DNA of 63,763 bases, the filler included, from Octopus bimaculoides (Eukaryota): the NCBI RefSeq assembly GCF_001194135.2. It is 5 parts of 5 records of this genome, joined end to end, with 100 filler letters (N's around TTAATTAATTAA, not from the genome) between each part and the next. Parts side by side here need not be neighbours in the genome. Positions count along the whole stretch, not along the records: positions 26,453 to 51,383 come from NC_068985.1; positions 51,484 to 57,780 come from NC_068987.1; 3 more parts are not named here. One strand, 5' to 3'. Position 1 is the stretch's first letter; each line of letters begins with the position of its first letter. Shown here one piece after another: positions 37,008 to 51,765 of this stretch. The position numbers and the translations under genes were made by a program. Below the pieces are notes generated by a model. It saw only the letters and a list, made by a program, of their open reading frames with translations, had not been told where the DNA came from and made no database searches.

Positions 37008-39664
37008 GAGAATGGTGTTCTTCCTTCGGCCCAGGTCAACTGCAATCGAAAAAACCTATTTCCAAAAATGTTCCAGCTGTAAACTGACTACAAGACAGCG
37101 AATTAGTAGAGTTGCTACAGTGTTGCATAGAATGCCCCCGCGGAATATGTTCCGACTCCCTTCTGTGACTTGTGTTTAATACTTGTCGAAGCCAACTTTA
37201 CCTTTTATCTCTTCAAAGTCGGTAAAATATGTACCAATTCAGTACGGTGGATTGGTAGAACTAATTAGAGGGTCGGGCGAAATGCATTGCAGTAGCTGTT
37301 CCGGCTTATTTTTGCGTTCTAACAGCAACGGCAGCGACAAACTGGAGCCAAAATCTATCTACCCAAATTGGAGGTATTTTCTTTGAATAAATAGACGCCA
37401 TGAAATCTCACATAATACAAGCTGCAATAGTAACTACAACAGCAACAAAAGCTGTAAAAGAACTAACATATATCAACGGTAACAACAACAACAACAACAA
37501 CAACAGCAGCAGCAGCAGCAGCAGCAACGGCAGCAGTAGCATGAAAGAGCCCCAACAATAACACCAATCGTAATGGTAAAAATGTCAGTAATTTCTGCAA
37601 TAACAATAAACAATAATAAAAGAAACAACCACATTGAAATGCAGTAATATCAACAGTAGCAGCAGCAGCAGCAACAATAACAATAACAACTGTAATAATG
37701 AATAAGAGCCAGAGTGGCAATAACAACAACACGAAGAACATCAACAACAGCTGTTGTGGACAGTAAATCAATAGTTACAATGACAGCGTGTATCGATAAT
37801 GTCACAAACGGGAAGAAATCGAGAAGTCTAGCAAATTGAGAAGAGAAAGAAAGAAAGGAAGAGAGAGCGAGAGGTGGAGAGAGAGAGAGTGGGGGGGAAA
37901 GAGAGAGAGAGAGAAAGAATATGGTGGTAGAGAAACAGTAACGAAGTTTTGATATTTAGAAACGATAGGAAGGGAAGTATTATAGTGAAAAGCAATTTGG
38001 AGAGAAGTAATGGGGAGTGAAATTTAAAAGAAGTCTGCATGAGAATGAAATGTTAACAATGTTAAGTCTCTGAAAGCTTCAACATGCTTTTAATAAGCAA
38101 CATAGCAGACGATGGATTCAGTAACGCTAATACAAGATAAATCTCAATCTCACCTTATGTAAAGAAGACATTCTAATGAAGAGAGCGTTCACATAAGATA
38201 GAAGAGAGGAAGTGATTACGATATATTACATGAACTAAGTATACGTTAAGTTTTTTTTTCGTTTTCAGATGTAATAACCCAAATATTTTCTGTACGAAAC
38301 TTGTTCTATACTAGTGATGAACAGCGTTATATAGGTGAAACCCTAGTGGCCTACGCCAAAATTTTGGAAGGCCCGTTGCGAGGAAACCACTAATGCGTTT
38401 TTTTCTTACAAATACAATCGAAAATCTAAATCAAATAAAAATATACTAACATCTATTATACAATGCATGACTTATATCTTAATGTAAGATATTTACCGTT
38501 AAGATAAACATGGATAATACACATACCTCAATTTCAGCGCATATATGCAAGAGGAAAGGTTTTTGTACATTAAAGCTTATGGGAGGCCTAACTCCAAACT
38601 TCGCATATAGGATCTAGGGTGATATTTTTTAATCATTTTTTTGATGGGGGAAAAAAAGATGCATTTTATATAACATGAAAAATTTTATGCATCATTCCTG
38701 TAAATAACAACCATGTTCTTTGAAATTATAACCGTTTCGAATTACCAAAAATATTATTATGCCCTTATTTGCCTTATTATTAAGGCAGCAAGCTGGCAGA
38801 ATCGGTAGCACGCTGGACGAAATGCTTAGCGATATTTCGCCCGTCGCTACGTTCTGAGTTCAAATTCCGACTTCACCTTACACCCTTTCGAGGTCGATAA
38901 ATCAAGTACCAGTTGAGTACTGGGCTCGATGTAATCGACTATCCCTCTCCCCCATATTTTAAGACTTGAGCCTATAACAGAAAGGGTTATTTACTTTTAT
39001 TTTTCTATGCTACTACAACTCGAAATGCATTATATTTCGATGTGACCTATCAGGCGTCGCATTAGTTTTGTATTATGTGTATTTGTTCGAGGGCGCATGT
39101 CCTAGTGGTTAGGGTATTGTACTCACGATTGCGAGATCGTAGTTTCAACTCTTGGTCTGGATGGTGCTTTGTGTTCTTGAGCAAAGCAGTTCATCTCACG
39201 TTGCTCTGCAACTCGACGTGTGATACACTGCGCTCTTATCCAGGCAACGTCGATTTGATAGAGGGAGAGAACAAATGCACAACACAAACATTTGATCACA
39301 AAGAACAAATTATTTGTGCAGATGGTTCAGTAAGAAATGGTAGAATCGTCTTTCTTGAACTACAGGAGACTACCATGAACATGTATTAAAGATAGGATTG
39401 TAATTTCAAACATTCCTTACTCTCAAGCGAAGTGATGTGCATTCACTCAAGCTTTCCATAAAAAAATTGTTAAAATAATAGAGAAACTAAAACAAATGTA
39501 GAAAATATGAATGAAATTGAAATCTTTTTATATCAGTATTGACTAATTCGGATTTAAAGGAACTGATCTTTCAACTGTCGAATCCATATGACTAATGAGT
39601 TTCTTAGCACATGTTAAGATAAATAAAGGCTTGTAGCTATGAATGTAAGTATATAAAGACAGAC

Positions 39665-39726
<62 letters not shown>

Positions 39727-40192
39727 CGAGAGCATTCCTTCCGAACATGTTATAATAATAACAAATGCAAATCAAAAATTAACTCACTGATACATGAAAT
39801 ATATTATAAAAGTAACCAGGAGTTAACTAGTAGAAGATTTTAGATTCGGCGATGATGATTTTAACAATTACGAAAGCAGTTACATGATCCCATGCTGGCT
39901 ACTGCAAACAGCGGCAACAAAGAGTCACGGACGACGTTTCAGTCAAACGGTATTGTGCTGGGAAAGTCATAAGATGTTACTGGATTTAAAAATGATATTG
40001 TTTCAAACTAAACATAAAGACTTATAAGAAAGGAAAAATGAAACGTCATTAATAAAAGATGGTCTCCAGCTATGCCATGTCATTAACGCGCCAAGACACA
40101 CATACATAATACATACATACATACATACATACATGTATTCATACATACATACATACATACATGTATTCATACATACATACATACATACATAC

Positions 40193-40369
40193 ATAACCTC
40201 AATAAAGTGCAGACATAATAGACCGGATATAGTAATCTGGGACAGAGAAGAGAAACTCTGTACAGTAGTAGAAATCAGTTGTCCTGCGAATGTCAACATC
40301 CCACTAAAGATTAGAGAAAAAGAGAACAACTACGCCGAGCTACTGAGAAATTTACAGATACTCCACCCA
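40193..40369 (+). mobile_element. RLE (PD-(D/E)xK-type) endonuclease fragment of a non-LTR retrotransposon
   Basis: TSIKCRHNRPDIVIWDREEKLCTVVEISCPANVNIPLKIREKENNYAEL contains the RPD...E..C/P...EK..KY motif pattern. It ends at a gap. Confidence 0.85.
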
Positions 40370-40769
40370 NNNNNNNNNNNNNNNNNNNNNNNNNNNNNNN
40401 NNNNNNNNNNNNNNNNNNNNNNNNNNNNNNNNNNNNNNNNNNNNNNNNNNNNNNNNNNNNNNNNNNNNNNNNNNNNNNNNNNNNNNNNNNNNNNNNNNNN
40501 NNNNNNNNNNNNNNNNNNNNNNNNNNNNNNNNNNNNNNNNNNNNNNNNNNNNNNNNNNNNNNNNNNNNNNNNNNNNNNNNNNNNNNNNNNNNNNNNNNNN
40601 NNNNNNNNNNNNNNNNNNNNNNNNNNNNNNNNNNNNNNNNNNNNNNNNNNNNNNNNNNNNNNNNNNNNNNGATGTTGATAAAAGTTCCAATGAAGGAGCC
40701 TTGAATTTACGTTAGAGTCCGGCTCTTTCTCTATGGACAAGAAATACAGAAATGAAACTGATTGATAAC

Positions 40770-40830
<61 letters not shown>

Positions 40831-41382
40831 TACACGCGCGCCTGTACACACACACGCACACATACCAAACATTTACAAGAATAGTGATAGTGCCGGCAGC
40901 AATGACTACTAGCCTCCACGGTCAGCAAACAGAAACATCGAAGTCACTGTCAACACCATTCTCATAAATGTGTGACAAATATGCACTGCACAAAAGGTAT
41001 TGACTCGGTGTTGTGTTTAATATTAAATTTTGTTATGAAACGATGACAAAGAGTGAAAACTAGCTTTAATATAAATGTATATGTACATAGATACGAATGA
41101 GAAATCTCTCAGAGTGGCAAATGACATGCGCAGCAAAGAGTAGTAAAGGTACACTAAATTCCATACAAGAAAAATTCTTTATTTATGTATGACTTGGACA
41201 CATACGAGGAACGTAAAAAGTTTAGTTTCAGAAAAGTGACCAAGAAAAATTCTCTAATCGTTAAAATTATTTTCACTTCGACAAAACGTGAGTAGGTGCT
41301 TGGAATCGATTACTCTTCCCGAATGGGAAGGGGAGATAAGTTTCAAGACTGCTCGAGAACATTAAGAAAATGACAGTGTGTA

Positions 41383-41486
<104 letters not shown>

Positions 41487-44400
41487 TGTGAATGTATGCG
41501 TGCGTGCGTGCATACGTGTGTGTGCGTGTGCGTGCATTCTATTTTCATTTACCTTTAGTTTTGATGAGTATTTGACTTCATTATATCTCGAAAAATTTTC
41601 CATCTTTAAATATTTGCGCCTACAATTTTACTTTTCCTTAGAGTGTTCTTTGATTCTTATATTTGTTTCAGTCATTTGACTGCGGCCATGCTGGAGCACC
41701 GCTTCAAGGGCTTTTAATCAAATCGAATCGACCCAGGGATTATCTTTCAAGTCTAATGCTTATTATAGCAGTCTCTTGCTGAACCGCTAGGATACAGGAG
41801 CGTAAAAACACCACACAAAGACACACATACATAGATGCATACATATATATAAACGACGGGCTTCTTTCAGTTTCCGTCTACCAAATCCACCCACGCGGTT
41901 TTGGTCGACCCGATGCTATAGTAGAAGACATTTGCCCAAGATTCCAAGCAGTGGGACTGAACCCGGAGCCATGTGATTGGGAAGCAAGCTTCTTACCACA
42001 CATCTACACATCCGCCTATAAATTTTTACAACTTAAACTATAAGTTCTCTTTTACAACTTTTCTGCAACTAAACTTTTTTGTGTGTCCAAGTCATACATA
42101 CATACATACATACATAAAACTTTACATACGTAAATCTTTCCAGAAATTTATCATTTAAATATATATGGGCACGTCTAGATATGCAACTATATGCATGAGA
42201 ATACGTACATAAAACAAAACGCACAAATCTGCACATCTACATACATGCATACATACATGCATACATACATACAAAAACGCCCCTTTGTAGTTGTTGAAAT
42301 TCCATGGAAGGTGTCTTGGGTCTAGGTTAGAAAACAGCTCTTTCTCTATTGTCAAGAAATCTTCAAATGACATACACACACACGCACACACGCACACACA
42401 CACACACAAACACACACACACATACATACACAAAATACATACATTTGCAGTTAAAATAATACCAGTCATCTTACAATGCTTGGCACTGGAACCTACTATG
42501 GCGACAGACAGAGGGGCAACAGTGTTGTACAAGCTTTTTATCACATAAATCGTATGACGTACAGATGTCAGATGCCTCACTGTCATTCTTGAATGCGATG
42601 CGGCTATCATATGACAATATGTGGTAATTATCATCCTTATATATATATAATGTATGTATGTATGTATGTATGTATGTAATCGAGGAAATAATATTTGTTG
42701 CATGACACAAGATATAATGAACATTTTATAATGACAAACATCAATCTAGGTCAAACATCAAACTTGGCAGAGGGCATGCCTTTGCAAAACCGTTTCAAAA
42801 GAAACAGGAGGCAGTTCTGCCAACTAACATAACACACATCCTTCATGTACTTTCCATTCTTATTACCGATTTTAGAAAACACATATGCGTGTGCTATATA
42901 TTCACAACTAGGTTGTCTATATTTTTGATATTTGTTTAAGACCAGGCATAATGGAATAGTTAAACAATTACAAGTTCGATCTTACGGTATGACATGTTCA
43001 GTAAGTAAATTCTGTAATCTTCCAGTTGACAAGAATTTGGAGAGTGAAATTTGGTAGAAAGAAGCTGTGCAGAAGCCTATCAGGTGGGCTGTATTTAAAC
43101 GGATCATTCTTATCAAACATTGCTACGCTAATTATGCCTCAGCATTAAGGTTAGATGTGTCAATGAAATACTCATTTGCTAACATAATATTTCAATGGAC
43201 AGATACTTCAACTGATGAACGAACTAGAATAGTTATCAACATAATCTACGGTTGGCCCATTTACAAAACTGCTAACGGTGAACAGAACCCTTACTGTTTT
43301 AGGAAGATACCTACAGTTTATTGACCAGCTACAACACTATATCGTTTATATTCTTATTCCCTTTCATTGTCAAAATCCCTTCTTTAATAGCTGTCTATTG
43401 CTTTCTATATCTCACTGGTTTACTGGCAGACGAAAACATTCTACCAGAAAAGTCTTATCCAGGCTACATTATTGTAGCTATTAGCTATTGCCTGGTCGTT
43501 AGAGCGATTGGTGTTAAAGATATCAGAGATTAATACTATTTAGCTGCTTAATTAGTTTAGCAAAATATAAAACAATTTTCATGTAATGACATTACATCAG
43601 GTCAGGATATAACAGTAATCTTTGTTTTGGTTTGTTTCTTTGTGTATGTGAATGTATGCATGTGGTTTTAAAATGTTTTTGCTTGTATTCTATGAGTATT
43701 CAATATTATCATGTTAAAACCATGTTCGCTTGAATACACTTCAGCAAACATGGCTCGAGATTTTCTCTAAATGAAAGAAAGGAAGAAAAGTAGAGTGACA
43801 CAGAAAATTGGAAATAAAATGAAAACGGAAAAAAAAATGAATTTACTAACAAGATTATTTATAAAATGAACAAAGCTAAAAGTGGAAGGAGAAAAATATG
43901 AAGTAAACAGTATGAATAAAATGAAAATTATTTTATTGATTAAAATGTTACAAAAGACGATGGTAACATTGATGGCGATGTTTAAACGACATGAGTAAGA
44001 GATGGAGAGAAAGAATGTCTTCAAGAAAATCAACATGACAGAAAAAAAAAACAGTTATAAATATGGTAACATTAAGAAACAATTAGTAATGATTAGTTAT
44101 GAGGATAAAAGTTGTTGTTTTTTAATGGTGTCAAGCTATTAAAAAATAAAATAGACAGAATCACACATCAGTTGCAAAAGCAACACAAATCAAGAAGACA
44201 TTGTTATTTAAGAAGAAAAGAAAACTGTTTGAGACATTATTCTACAAACAAGATGAAAATTAATCGATGTTTAAAGATGTTTAATGAAAAGCTGCTTGCA
44301 ATATAAGACTGGATTTTGATGTGGGGACATATATTGCTTTTTTATTCTCTCTCGGCTACCCCGATATTTTACGTAGAAGTAAATTGGCTGTTGTAATATT

Positions 44401-46753
44401 CATGACTTTTCAAAAGGTACTATTGTGTAACTTAATTGAACTGAAATAGTTTTGACTTTGAATTGAAACTACAACACAGTGTTCACTTGCCAACGGCTTA
44501 CTTTTTGATCTGTGACTTCTCAAATATAAGAACAAACACAAACACACACATACCATACGAGTTTAAACCCTTAGCATTTGAACTGGCCATATAATACATG
44601 ATTAATTCAAAATAATGTGAATGCAATCTGAATGCTAAACAGTTAAAGATTTCTAACTACGTATTTTGTTGTACGGAGGGCTTCTAACGCTAAGTAGGTA
44701 CTACGTCTTCCGGAAGTCAGAAGACTTTGTTTGTTTTTCCTTTACTTTACGGGGTCGTAAAAAAATTGAGGATTGTTTAGAATGGTAAAGAAGTAGCGAT
44801 TGTACATATGTGAGAGATAAGAAATTAGAGAAAGAAAGAAAGAGAATTTGAGAGAGTGGTATCTTAAATTTCAAATGGAAAAAAAATATAAATATAAATA
44901 TAAATATAAATATTAAAAAAATATAAAAAATGGAAGGGATTACACTAGCCATTCAGAAGAGGGATGGTGGATGATGAGTCAGTCTAAATTAGGCAGTCTT
45001 TTGCTGGGATTATAGAGTTTCTTATTAACAATATCCGTATTTATATCTATGCGCGCACACACACTCACACACGCGCGCGCACGAATAGTCCGCAGCGTGC
45101 ACTCTGCACACGAATATTCAGTGGCGCTCTATGAGTTGGCGAAACATACTGTAGCTCATGTGAACGCTTCGGAGGCATTCGGAATATATTTTGCACCAGA
45201 ACTTTGCCCACTATTTTAGTGTTACTGGTCACTCTATTAACAAGTTCTCGGTATTTGGTATTTTCACACATTACTTGTCTTCACACTCCAGAAGCATAAA
45301 GAACAATGTGCTATTTCCGGCTATGTAATATCTTCTGTTGAAGTAATGTTCCTCCTTTTCTTCATAATACCATACCATTCCACCAGGTTGTTTGTGCGTG
45401 TATACTTACCGCGATTTAATAATGCATTTCCGATATTTGATTGTACGTTGTCTGTACGTTGTAGCCATATGCATGTATAGGTACAAGTCACTTTTACGAA
45501 AATGCGTAGATATAATACGTATTTATAGACGGGAATGTGTATGTGGCACAGTACATTTGTTTGGATGTCATATGTATATACATATTGTTTACCACATGAT
45601 GGTGTACTGCTATACGTAGGTGAGAATACGCGAGCTAGTAGCTTAGTTTCTAATATTCGATGTATAACTGGTCTCATACATGTGTGTACCTGAATATCTA
45701 TTATTTGTATGTAGGATCTCGCATAATTGTTTTAGCCAATAGGCTGATTTCGATTATTTGTATATATGTAGGTATTCATGTATGCATGTGTGCGTGTTTC
45801 TTTATGTATATAGATGAATATTGGTAGTTATCTACAAGACGTCTAATGGTCGATTATTTGGACAATAAACCCTTTTCTTTCTACCTTACTTTGACCAGCA
45901 ATTTACCCATTCTCTCGCATTCTAACTCACCCCTTCCTTCTCATTTTCTTTCTCTCTCTCTCTCTCTCTCTCATTTTCTCTCGAAATCCTCCTCCTTTTA
46001 CTCTCCAGCTGCTTCCTATCTTCGTATTTTCAGCTGCTAAATTTTAACCATTTCCAGTCGTTCTTCACTTTTACAACACTTGTATGAGCAAAACGAGAAA
46101 GCAAAGAAAAATATATCTGACTCCCGGAAGAACTACAACCAAAATGTTGGAAACTCTTCTCGCAAAGGTACACACATTTACATAACTTTAAATTTTACTT
46201 ATACATATAATTTTTTCCCAAGGAAGACCACCAGTAGTTTCCCTGGGTACTGTAGGGATTTTTACTTGCATGTAAATGTGTGTACATGTCTTTGAATATG
46301 TGTGTTGTCGTATTTGGGTGTACATAAGTTTCTCTTTTAGATTGTGAGCAAAGGAGAGGAAATGGGCAGTTAAGCGTTCCTAATTTTTAGAACGCACTAA
46401 GGATATACTTAAATGTGATTTCTTGCCTCAAAGTATGAATAAAATGTAACTTTCCATTTGTAGTGCTTGCTTGTGATGCCGATATTGAATGAGGAAAAAC
46501 CTGACAATGTTGAAATTGCAATGGACTCCATTAAAATGGTATTTTTTATGAATTTAGTTTAGGTTGTTTGTGGTGGTCAGATACAATGTTTAGTTAGTAC
46601 TGTTGGGAAAGATATAGTGATAACTGAATAATCCTTTTCATATATTTTATTACCGAGTTGATGTTAATAATAAAATTGACCAAACCGAGGAACGAATCTA
46701 GGGTAATGATACAACAAACAAGATACAGCAAAGCAGCCAAATATTTCTTTTAC

Positions 46754-46776
46754 CGTTTCCAGCATCGTCCATTATC
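46754..46776 (-). CDS. Candidate 23-nt exon of the unidentified minus-strand gene
   Basis: Acceptor tattttattttccAG and donor CG|GTAAAA. Reads (M)IMDDAGN or DNGRCWK depending on phase. Confidence 0.3.
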
Positions 46777-47205
46777 CTGGAAAATAAAATAATATTCTGA
46801 AACAGGAAGCCTGCCAAAATATAATAAACACCACCGCCATCGCTCTCTTAGTAGAACAGTGCCGGCTTATAACAGAGCCGAGAATTTAGGGGTCTAAATG
46901 TCACCGAATGTCAAAGCCAACCTGAGCCCGTATAATGTCATTAATCAGATTTGTTAGGTCTCCTGACCTACAAGATAATCTTCAATAATAAGAAAGAGAC
47001 TAGTGAAAGTTTTACAGGGTATTCAGCTGCAGCGCATAAACTACAAATTTTACTGTTGCTAATTTAATATTTCAATAAGAAGCCTGATTTTACAACTGTT
47101 TGCTCTAGATAAATTCCTGTGTTTCATGTACACACAAGCACAGACACACACTTACACAGACACACACACTCACACACACACACATACAAAACAAATAAAA
47201 TACAC

Positions 47206-47255
<50 letters not shown>

Positions 47256-47485
47256 ATAGATATGCACATGAATGCGCGTATGTGTGTGTGTAATAAGTGT
47301 ATGTGCTTGTAGGTGTGTGTATGCAACAGATATATGTAAATATGTATGTGTATATCCAATAGCATACATAAAAGCTTTCAACTGACGTACCTAGCCTCTG
47401 ACCACATCTACCTTGCATCTTAGAACTTGTGCGAAAATCGCGTCTATTAAGTTGATGTTTATTCTTATTATTGTTGTCGTTGTTT

Positions 47486-47520
<35 letters not shown>

Positions 47521-47717
47521 ACTGTTATCCGGTCGTTTTCGGGTTCATGTGGAAAAACAAATGCTTTGCAATAAATATCCGTAATCGATAGATATTGCTA
47601 TATATCATCTTGTTCCTGGTCGTTTGACCGAAGGTTAGCGAGTATATAAATATTTTACCATCAATAAATTGTCCATCTCTCCAAATATATACTTTTATAA
47701 ATGACCGTTTCGCTCAC

Positions 47718-47763
47718 ATCTGGCTAGTATCGTCAATTTTTCTCTGCAGCGTTTTGGATAGAC
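47718..47763 (-). CDS. Candidate 46-nt exon
   Basis: Acceptor gctctaatcttAG and donor GAT|GTGAGC. Phase 1-to-2 frame reads GLSKTLQRKIDDTSQ. Confidence 0.25.
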
Positions 47764-50421
47764 CTAAGATTAGAGCTAAAGACAAGCCCTGCTTTATAAG
47801 TCTTCAGTAACATGACCAAAATAAAATGAAATAAAATAAATAAAAATACGAGTTCCCTGAGAATTTATTATTAACTACAAGATCGTGTTTTATGTTACAC
47901 GAAGAAAATATATCAGAATATACCTGAATATTTTATATATTTATTTTATATATAGAAAACTCAGAGAAATGCAGTAAATATATTCTCCACATCACGAACA
48001 TATCGTTGAATATAAAGATATACTTTATCAAACTGAGGTCACGATGTTATATAAATATTTGTCACAGGATTTTCTCCTTCGTTTTTGCTTCATTTGTTGT
48101 TATTGTTTATTTGATTTTTGTTTGCTTGTGCGTTTGTCTTCAATTTTTTTTCTGGTGATTTATATAGAATTATCTTATATTTGATATACGTCTTCTGATG
48201 TTAATACGCTGAAGCGGAACATAAAAGCACCGAGTTCGCAGGAGTTTGCCATATTTATTTCCGAAAGCCACTAGCTAAGTAACACCGCAGTATCATTGTT
48301 GTTATTAGGCCCAAGTTAATTCTGATAGATCAGGCCAATCAATGATTAAATACATTTCAACCATGACCATCACATCTTCACTCAGGCTTTGCATACCCAA
48401 GACTACACTATTCAATGCGTACTTTTTATTTTAACCTTTGTCTGCCCTGTGTATCACATATGAGTGCACACCTTTATCCAGTCTACATTATCCGTTGTGT
48501 CTTTACTTTATGAAGATGAGAGGGTGTGAGTTGAGGGAGATTTTACTGTTGTTTCAAGTAGGTCTACGATCAGATAGAAACTCCAGCAATGTCTTGTATT
48601 AATGACAGTTACATACTGGAATCAATTCACTTGACTATCACCAATCCCAAAAGAACTTGGCTTTGGAACTGTTCAGAAAATGGATATTATGGAACAATGT
48701 AACTATTGTCTGAGGAGGCGCAATGGCCCAGTCATTATGGTAGCGGACTCGCGGTCATAGGATCTCGGTTTCGATTCCTAGACCGGGCGTTGTGAGTGTT
48801 TATTGAGCGAAAACACCTAAAGATCCACGAAGCTCCGGCGGGGGACGGTGGTGAACCCTGCTGTACTCTTTCACCACAACTTTCTCTCACTCTTACTTCC
48901 TGTTTCTCTTGTGCCTGTAATTCAAAGGGCCAGCCTTGTCACTCTGTGTCACGCTGAATATCCCCGAGATCTACGTTAAGGGTACACGTGTCTGTGGAGT
49001 GCTCAGCCACTTGCACTTTAATTTCACGAGCAAGCTGTTCCTTTGATCGGATCAACTGGAACCCTCGATGTCGTAAGCGACGGAGTACCAACAGTTATTG
49101 TCTAACTGTTTTGTTTTATTTTTTGTTTGATCTACGAAATATTTGATGCTGTGGTTTTTAGCTTCAGGTTAAACATGGCAAGCAAAGGTTTTATCAAAGA
49201 ATTTTAGCCTCCACTATCTCGTCTTTTATTCAGACCCAGAGTATCTAAGACAACATTATCGAACGTACTCTTCTTTACAAAAAAAAATTAAACTAGGTAA
49301 GGTGTAATCTGAAGGAAATTTAGCACCTAAGTTTTCAAGATCGGAGACTTGTAGAGGTTTCTTTATTCGCATATTGTCATATATATTTCATTTAAAGAAG
49401 TGTTTAGCACGAAAACTAATAAGATTTAATTTCCAGTCGTATTGAAACTAATCTCAGTTTAAATTCCGAGTTAACGCTATTTCATTTCACAGAAACCATT
49501 ATTACCCACAGAAAGAGTAAAATTATAACCTTCGCAATGAAATAAAGAAAACCAGCATCATAATTATTTCTGAAAGGACATTAGTAATTACCGACAGAGA
49601 ACGGTGCTAGAATAATTTATTTAAGATATTTAGTTTTGTTTCTCCAAATTGTTGGCTCAAATTTTGCCGAAATGAACAACTTGTTTCGTTAAAATGTTAT
49701 TAATTATAGGTTCCCGCTAAATGCATGGTGTTCTATCAAAATTAGCAACAGGTCATATATTTTGTGGGGTTAGGTGAGAGCCGAGGAAACATTAGTCGAT
49801 AAAATAGATTCTAGTACTTGACAGGTTTTTAGTATTATCGATCCCGAACTTGTGTTTTCTATGTTCAAATTCCGACGAGGTCAATTTCAGCGTTCATCCG
49901 TCTAAAACAAGGAAAGCAAAGAAAGAACGAAAACAATTTAGTGAGAAACACTACGAATCAGAAATTGATGCACGGTTTTCTGTCTTAGCATCAGTTTTCA
50001 CCCCTCAAGTGAAAATATATGCTTCTTACCAAAGCTTTGTAGACTGGAGCATTTATGTGAACCAGTAATATTGATTATAATTTTAACCAAGAATATTAGC
50101 CACTAATTCCAGATGAGAAACGAAACTCGATCATAAGACTTAGCTTCCTAGTTTTGTACATTCAGTCTACAACTGATTCATAAAACTAAATAATTCGAAC
50201 TAGTACTAATAAAGATTTATTTAAAGAGGCAGAAACTCAGTTGTAAGTGGTAGATACCATACGTTGGAATTAACCCCGTGAAAATAGCCCAGCATATTTC
50301 ATTGATCCAAAATATTTGAAACATTAAGCCGGTTGTGACCTTAAAAAGGATGGACGTTACTAGAAGATATCTATGGTATGGTACTCGACTGTTTTTACTA
50401 ACTCTGTCTTCTTTATTAACA

Positions 50422-50451
50422 ACTAGCAGACTTACCTGGCGTTGCTCGGGA
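50422..50451 (-). mobile_element. Helitron-like 3' terminus (hairpin, spacer, CTAG|T)
   Basis: The minus strand reads cccgagcaacgccaggtaagtctgCTAGt: a degenerate CCCG..CGGG hairpin ~11 nt before CTAG. Confidence 0.5.
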
Positions 50452-50519
50452 TTTAAATGGCATAGTTTGTATATATGGTACAATTAAGTTGAAACATGCG
50501 ATACAGGGAAGTGCAGCAT

Positions 50520-51125
50520 TGACGACAAAACATTTGTGGAGTAAATGCAGGGGCAATTCGACTAAGGGACACATCATGCATCTGTTGGGAACATTCTGGG
50601 CCCTAACCTTGGCATGGAAAAGTGAGTGGGGGATATTTGATTTTCGAATGCACCAAAAAGCTCTCCTTTGCGGTTGTCGGCGCTGCCGCTACTATGCTGA
50701 ACAATCAGCAGGCATAGGAACTACATGTATGTGATAAATTAAGCCCAACAGCACCACATGAGAGAAATCTACATGAAAGAAATGACGTGGTAAGGATATT
50801 CGCAAGGAAGCACTTGAAGACAACACTGTCATGCGATATTTTGGTTTGGAATCAATAGTTGAGACTCAACCGTGCACTCCTTCGCGTATACAGCGTGCGA
50901 CCATTGTTAGGACAACTCAGCTCCCAAACGAAAATAATTCTGCATGCAGCGTCCGGGCACGCAAGATCACATTAAGGACACGGTCTCTAACTAACGTGGT
51001 TGTGTCTTAGATACCATAAATTAGTAGGTTATTGTGCCTCCGGCATTTCGGTTTGTAATCAATAGCTGAAGAATATTTGTATGGGCTTCATCTATGCTTA
51101 GAAGGAAGACTTTGATACTGAAGCG
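50520..51125 (+). mobile_element. Highly decayed mariner-like relic
   Basis: Weak blocks HASVGNILGPNLGMEK (SxGSVxxIL...LGMxK-like), LRLNRALL and IILHAASGHARSH (LHDNARPH-like), in the expected order. Confidence 0.35.
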
Positions 51126-51504
51126 AAGAGAAAATAGTTGAATAATTGCTCAGGATTTAACATATTTTAGCATATTTTTCATAATAAACATAGTGCGTTT
51201 CAAACGGTTTTATTCCAACAAATTGCTTCCTATAGTACTACGGGGAACAGAGTATTATTGCTCCCACATAGACAATGCAGTTTGAAGTCTACATCGGTTC
51301 ATCCATTTAATACAACTACATTTCAGTAACTGCTTTTTCCAGTTTGAAAAGAAGAAATGCGTAGACAATGCGGAAAGTCGTATNNNNNNNNNNNNNNNNN
51401 NNNNNNNNNNNNNNNNNNNNNNNNNNNTTAATTAATTAANNNNNNNNNNNNNNNNNNNNNNNNNNNNNNNNNNNNNNNNNNNNTATATATATATATATAT
51501 ATAA

Positions 51505-51765
51505 ATATATAAATCCCCCCTGAGTACCGGTTTCCCTGTTTCCGCAGTGCATATATTCTCCTACAAGATGGGATGCGGCTCCGTCGCAGACATGATAGAA
51601 GAAAGTAACCAAACTGTTTTACCATTTACCATTCGAGCTTGGTACATCCTCGAATAAACATCGTTTTTCTTTTTTCATTTGTAATATTTACTTCTTCCAC
51701 TCTTTTTCTGATTTGACGAAGGTCTAATATCCGAAACATCCACCTCTCCTTTTTCTTTCTCCTTT
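51505..51765 (+). mobile_element. Penelope-like element 3' end (GIY-YIG C-terminus relic and pseudo-LTR motif)
   Basis: ttcgagcttggtacatcctcgaataaacatcgtttttct resembles IFxLGTLxPxGINxRFSF. It is followed by tgacgaaggtctaatatccgaaac. Confidence 0.5.

Noticed and set aside
38154-38172. MSSLHK matches my recollection of the vertebrate TBC1D13 N-terminus
   Set aside because: The match is only six residues and no TBC-domain exons were found downstream, so no gene symbol is assigned.
44707-44717. Palindromic CTTCCGGAAGT (ETS-like) and CpG-rich patch at ~45050-45180
   Set aside because: An isolated motif with no convincing exon or additional promoter elements; insufficient support.
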